A stretch of 63,998 nucleotides of DNA, counting the filler, from Aduncisulcus paluster (Eukaryota): assembly GCA_024181965.1 (NCBI GenBank). It is 16 parts of 16 records of this genome, joined end to end, with 100 filler letters (N's around TTAATTAATTAA, not from the genome) between each part and the next. Parts side by side here need not be neighbours in the genome. Positions count along the whole stretch, not along the records: positions 60,640 to 62,844 come from BQXS01000106.1; positions 62,945 to 63,998 come from BQXS01000260.1; 14 more parts are not named here. The stretch is one strand, 5' to 3'. Position 1 is the stretch's first letter. Each line of letters starts with the position of its first letter. Shown in pieces: positions 60,640 through 63,998 of the stretch. The notes beneath the pieces were generated by a model. The model worked only from the letters and a program-made list of their open reading frames with translations. It had not been told where the DNA came from and did no database searches. A program made the translations under genes and the position numbers.

Positions 60640-62555
60640 TTGGGGTTTCTTTCACATACTTGGAGACGAATGGAATCGTCAACATCTGAAGCAGCTGTTA
60701 TGCATGTATATGGTGGGGTTCCACTGGAAGTATCAAGCTCAGACCCACTCGCACATACCTCAAGACACTCTCCACTGGCGTTGTCAAGATAGTACCCATT
60801 CCAGCACTCGACAGCCCAACGATCAGGATACACTTCACGACACACTTGGTGAGCTGCAGAAGACACAGATGCAGAACAATGGCATGTTTGGTCAGAATAT
60901 TTCAAGGTTGATAGGGTTGGGAATTCGGTTTGCAATTGACTCACAATTCCTTCAATGTCACAGATGTTGTTATCACTGATGTCAAGAGTTGTGAGAACAG
61001 CATCAGTATCATCAGGGAACATGGAAGATGTGATGAGAACAGATACATCAGAGATGGAGTTGTTTGAGAGATCTAGGGATGTCAGTTTGAATTGGTCTGT
61101 GGTTGAGTCTCCAGAAGCAATGGGAGTCAAGTCAAGCACATCACTGATAGCACTCAATCCACATCCACTCGCAGATAATATCCTCAGACCAGAATCAATG
61201 GTTCCAGACGTCACAGCCTTTGCCAAGATCTGAACAACCAACTTATCATACTCAGCATTGGAATTAATATCTCCACTCAAGTCATACCCATCAATGGTCA
61301 GAGAGGTCAGTGAAGTGGCATACTCAAGACCTTGCAGGGTTGTGATGGAATTCAAAGATATCCCCCTATCTGTGGCAATGGAAGGAAGCGACAATGAAGT
61401 ACATGTCAAATCATTCCTCATCGTGGCAACACTGATGACACCATTTGATTCAACATCACTCGTGGAAAGACACTGATCTTTCAGATATTGTCGAATTGAA
61501 TCATCATGAACAGTGTAACATTTACCATCAGAAGACCTGGCAATGAAAGCACATTCTTTGACTGCTGGATCAGCAACACTATTGTACACTTCATTACGAA
61601 TTATTGAAGGGCATGAAGCATTTGAAGTATTACAGTTATATGGGGAGTTTCCAGGATCAGTATTAAGAGGACAGCTATTTGGAAGATAGTGTCTATCCTT
61701 ATAATCTGAGTTTGAGGAATGAATTGGAAAGACAGTCGTTATAAATGTCCAATAATCGGTATCATCTTCTGATCTACAGAGAGGTATGAATGCAGAATAA
61801 TTTGTATTCGCAATAAACAAATACTGCAATCCAACATTCCTAAATGAGACAGATATATCATAGATTTGTTCATTCCCATAAATAGCCAATCTATACAATC
61901 TATTCAATGTGAACAAGGATTTGAGATCATAAATATTGTCATTAAAGGTAGTTGAAGTTTGATGAAAATATAAGTGTGATAGTTGTTCAAGGAAAGAAAT
62001 AGGATAAACTGATGTTACATCTGTATTTTGTCCACCGAAATAATAAATGTTTATCAAATACTGAGCACCTTCAAAGGACGTAATATGGGAACTATATGAG
62101 TAAAATTCCCCATTTATACCAGCCATTTCAAACTCTGACACATCACAAAGAGGATCACTATTGCTTATAGCATCACACACTTTACCTCTGAACAACTTAT
62201 CAGGGATATGCATGGAATATAACTGGTCACAATCATCACCATACCAGGCAGATCGACAGTCAGATGTAATAACGTCACCATTTGCTGTTTTGACACACAT
62301 TTTATGATCATTCATATCACTGGGACAATCAGTATAGGTATCATAAACACAAGAATACTCTCCTTGGTCATAATAATACCCATCCTCACACTCGGCTGCA
62401 TAACGACCAGGATATACCTCATTGCACTCCAAATGGTCGTCTTCAGAGATATACATGGAACATTCATTGGACAAATATCCATCACAAAGGACAGACTGGA
62501 AGGACAGACTCAGAACAACCAAGAAGATGAGGATGGTGGGAATAGAAGACCTCAT
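60640..62555 (-). CDS. Secreted/surface LRR and Cys-rich protein with signal peptide (3' truncated)
   Basis: Hydrophobic N-terminus MRSSIPTILIFLVVLSLSFQSVLC; CxEVYP.R.AxEC repeats; LTSLDLSNNSISD. Confidence 0.88.
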
Positions 62556-62989
62556 TCTAACGACCAGACCAATGACAACAAGAGTGATGGAGAGAGCAGC
62601 AACAAGGAAAAGAAGAAAGGAGAGAAGGAGAAGTGAATTGCCGCCAAGTGGATGTGGCAGTAAAGAATGTTGATGATAGCCACATTCTTCACGTGTTGAT
62701 GAATATTGAAATGGGAATGGGAATAGAGATTTATCAACAGAAAGGTTGGTAAAACCAGAACTGTGACAAGAGTTAAGAGTTAAGGAAAGTCCAATGTCGG
62801 CATTAGAGACAGAGATATCGGAATCATAACGCCAGATATGAGAANNNNNNNNNNNNNNNNNNNNNNNNNNNNNNNNNNNNNNNNNNNNTTAATTAATTAA
62901 NNNNNNNNNNNNNNNNNNNNNNNNNNNNNNNNNNNNNNNNNNNNGTGGTAACTTTCAGATTTCCTGTTTGGTGACGATTTGCAGCAATG

Positions 62990-63998
62990 TTATCTTTTTT
63001 GGAATTGTATAAGTTTTCGAGCCCAGTTAAGGACAATAGCACCAACAACAAATTCCACTTTATCTAGATGTCTTGATGTGAGTCCGATTTCCTTTAAGAA
63101 GTTCAACGATTCTTTCATAATAATTCCTGAATGGCCAACCACCACAGCAGAACCATTCTCACCATATTTTTCGGCTTTCTCATTTAGTCTTTTTTCGAAT
63201 GAGCTCAGAGATGCGTCTTCGTAAGTTACAGTCACATCAAGCCAGTACCGTCTTTCTGATATTGTGATTTGGATATCATCCCTCAGATCTCCTTCTTCTC
63301 TTATGATTTCTTGCTCGACTTCCCATCCAGGTTTTGCCTCTTTAATCAGCTTGGTAATATTATCCCTGATATCGTGATGGCGTTGTCTGTAGAGACCCAT
63401 CATTTCATGGCAACCACCGAGCAAGTGGGTTTGGGTATTCTGGCTCCTACACAGAGGACACATCCCCGGCAATCCTCTCTTTGTTAACATATGCATTCTG
63501 ATTCTCACTGATTGAGGGAATGCATGGAGGAGACGAGTGCATACGGTTCTTCCCTTATAGTATAATGCAGCTCTTCCAGCGCCCGGATGTGCCATCCATG
63601 AAGAAGTTACCATTTTTGTTTTCAACGTCTGGAGTTTGGAGGATATATCAAGGTAGTTCGCTTTCCATCCGAAACCATGGATTTCATAGCATGTCGAGGT
63701 CTTAATCAACTTGAGGGAGAGTCTACGAAGGGCTTGCAGACCTGGGATCCAATTGATGTTACGCATCCTTTTTCTTGGGTGTCTTGGATGGTCACCAACT
63801 CTTGATACATCTCCGTTACCTGTATATGTAAGTTCGAGTTGTTTGAAGTTTTCTTGATCAATCCATTCATGTTCACAAACATCCAGGAATTCCAAGAACT
63901 TTTCTTCGAGAGACGGATAAGAGAGGGCAGATAGAAGGGCAATGCACCTGAATCCATCTGTTTCCTGTTGAATGTCTGTCAAGCCAATTCCTCCATGT
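62990..63998 (-). mobile_element. RLE-type (R2/NeSL-like) non-LTR retrotransposon ORF, C-terminal part
   Basis: HGGIGL (post-RT GGLG motif) at window edge, CPLC..NTQTHLLGGC zinc knuckle, RHHDI, RDDI...LDVTV, KAEKYG, VVVGHSG. Confidence 0.9.

Overview
This is an AT-rich eukaryotic draft assembly, not one locus: about 16 unrelated contigs joined by an artificial N-TTAATTAATTAA-N spacer, plus 20-N scaffold gaps whose flanks are usually duplicated. The gene families resemble those of a free-living fornicate metamonad (Aduncisulcus/Carpediemonas-like); this is inference, not a database result. They include expanded Ser/Thr kinases ending in a 'KIGEGWKCPSIDDIV' motif, helical 'CCDPSHA' repeat proteins, internalin-like LRR/Cys-rich surface proteins and a jelly-roll domain family. 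Recognisable genes: eIF5A, a PH-domain protein, RPAP2/Rtr1-like, AIR9-like, SNM1/DCLRE1-like nuclease, SRPK-like kinase, an FKBP fragment and a SAM methyltransferase fragment. Mobile elements: a hAT transposase, a CCHC gag-like ORF and three RLE-type non-LTR retrotransposon pieces. The standout is a compact orphan contig (16176-18689). It carries two divergently transcribed genes whose N-termini each align without gaps to histone H3 tail residues 14-28 (K18/K23/K27 region), a candidate histone-mimic/anti-silencing cassette. Also notable: a self-templated inverted insertion breaking a repeat gene, and a near-identical kinase 3' junction block preceding different C-terminal modules.
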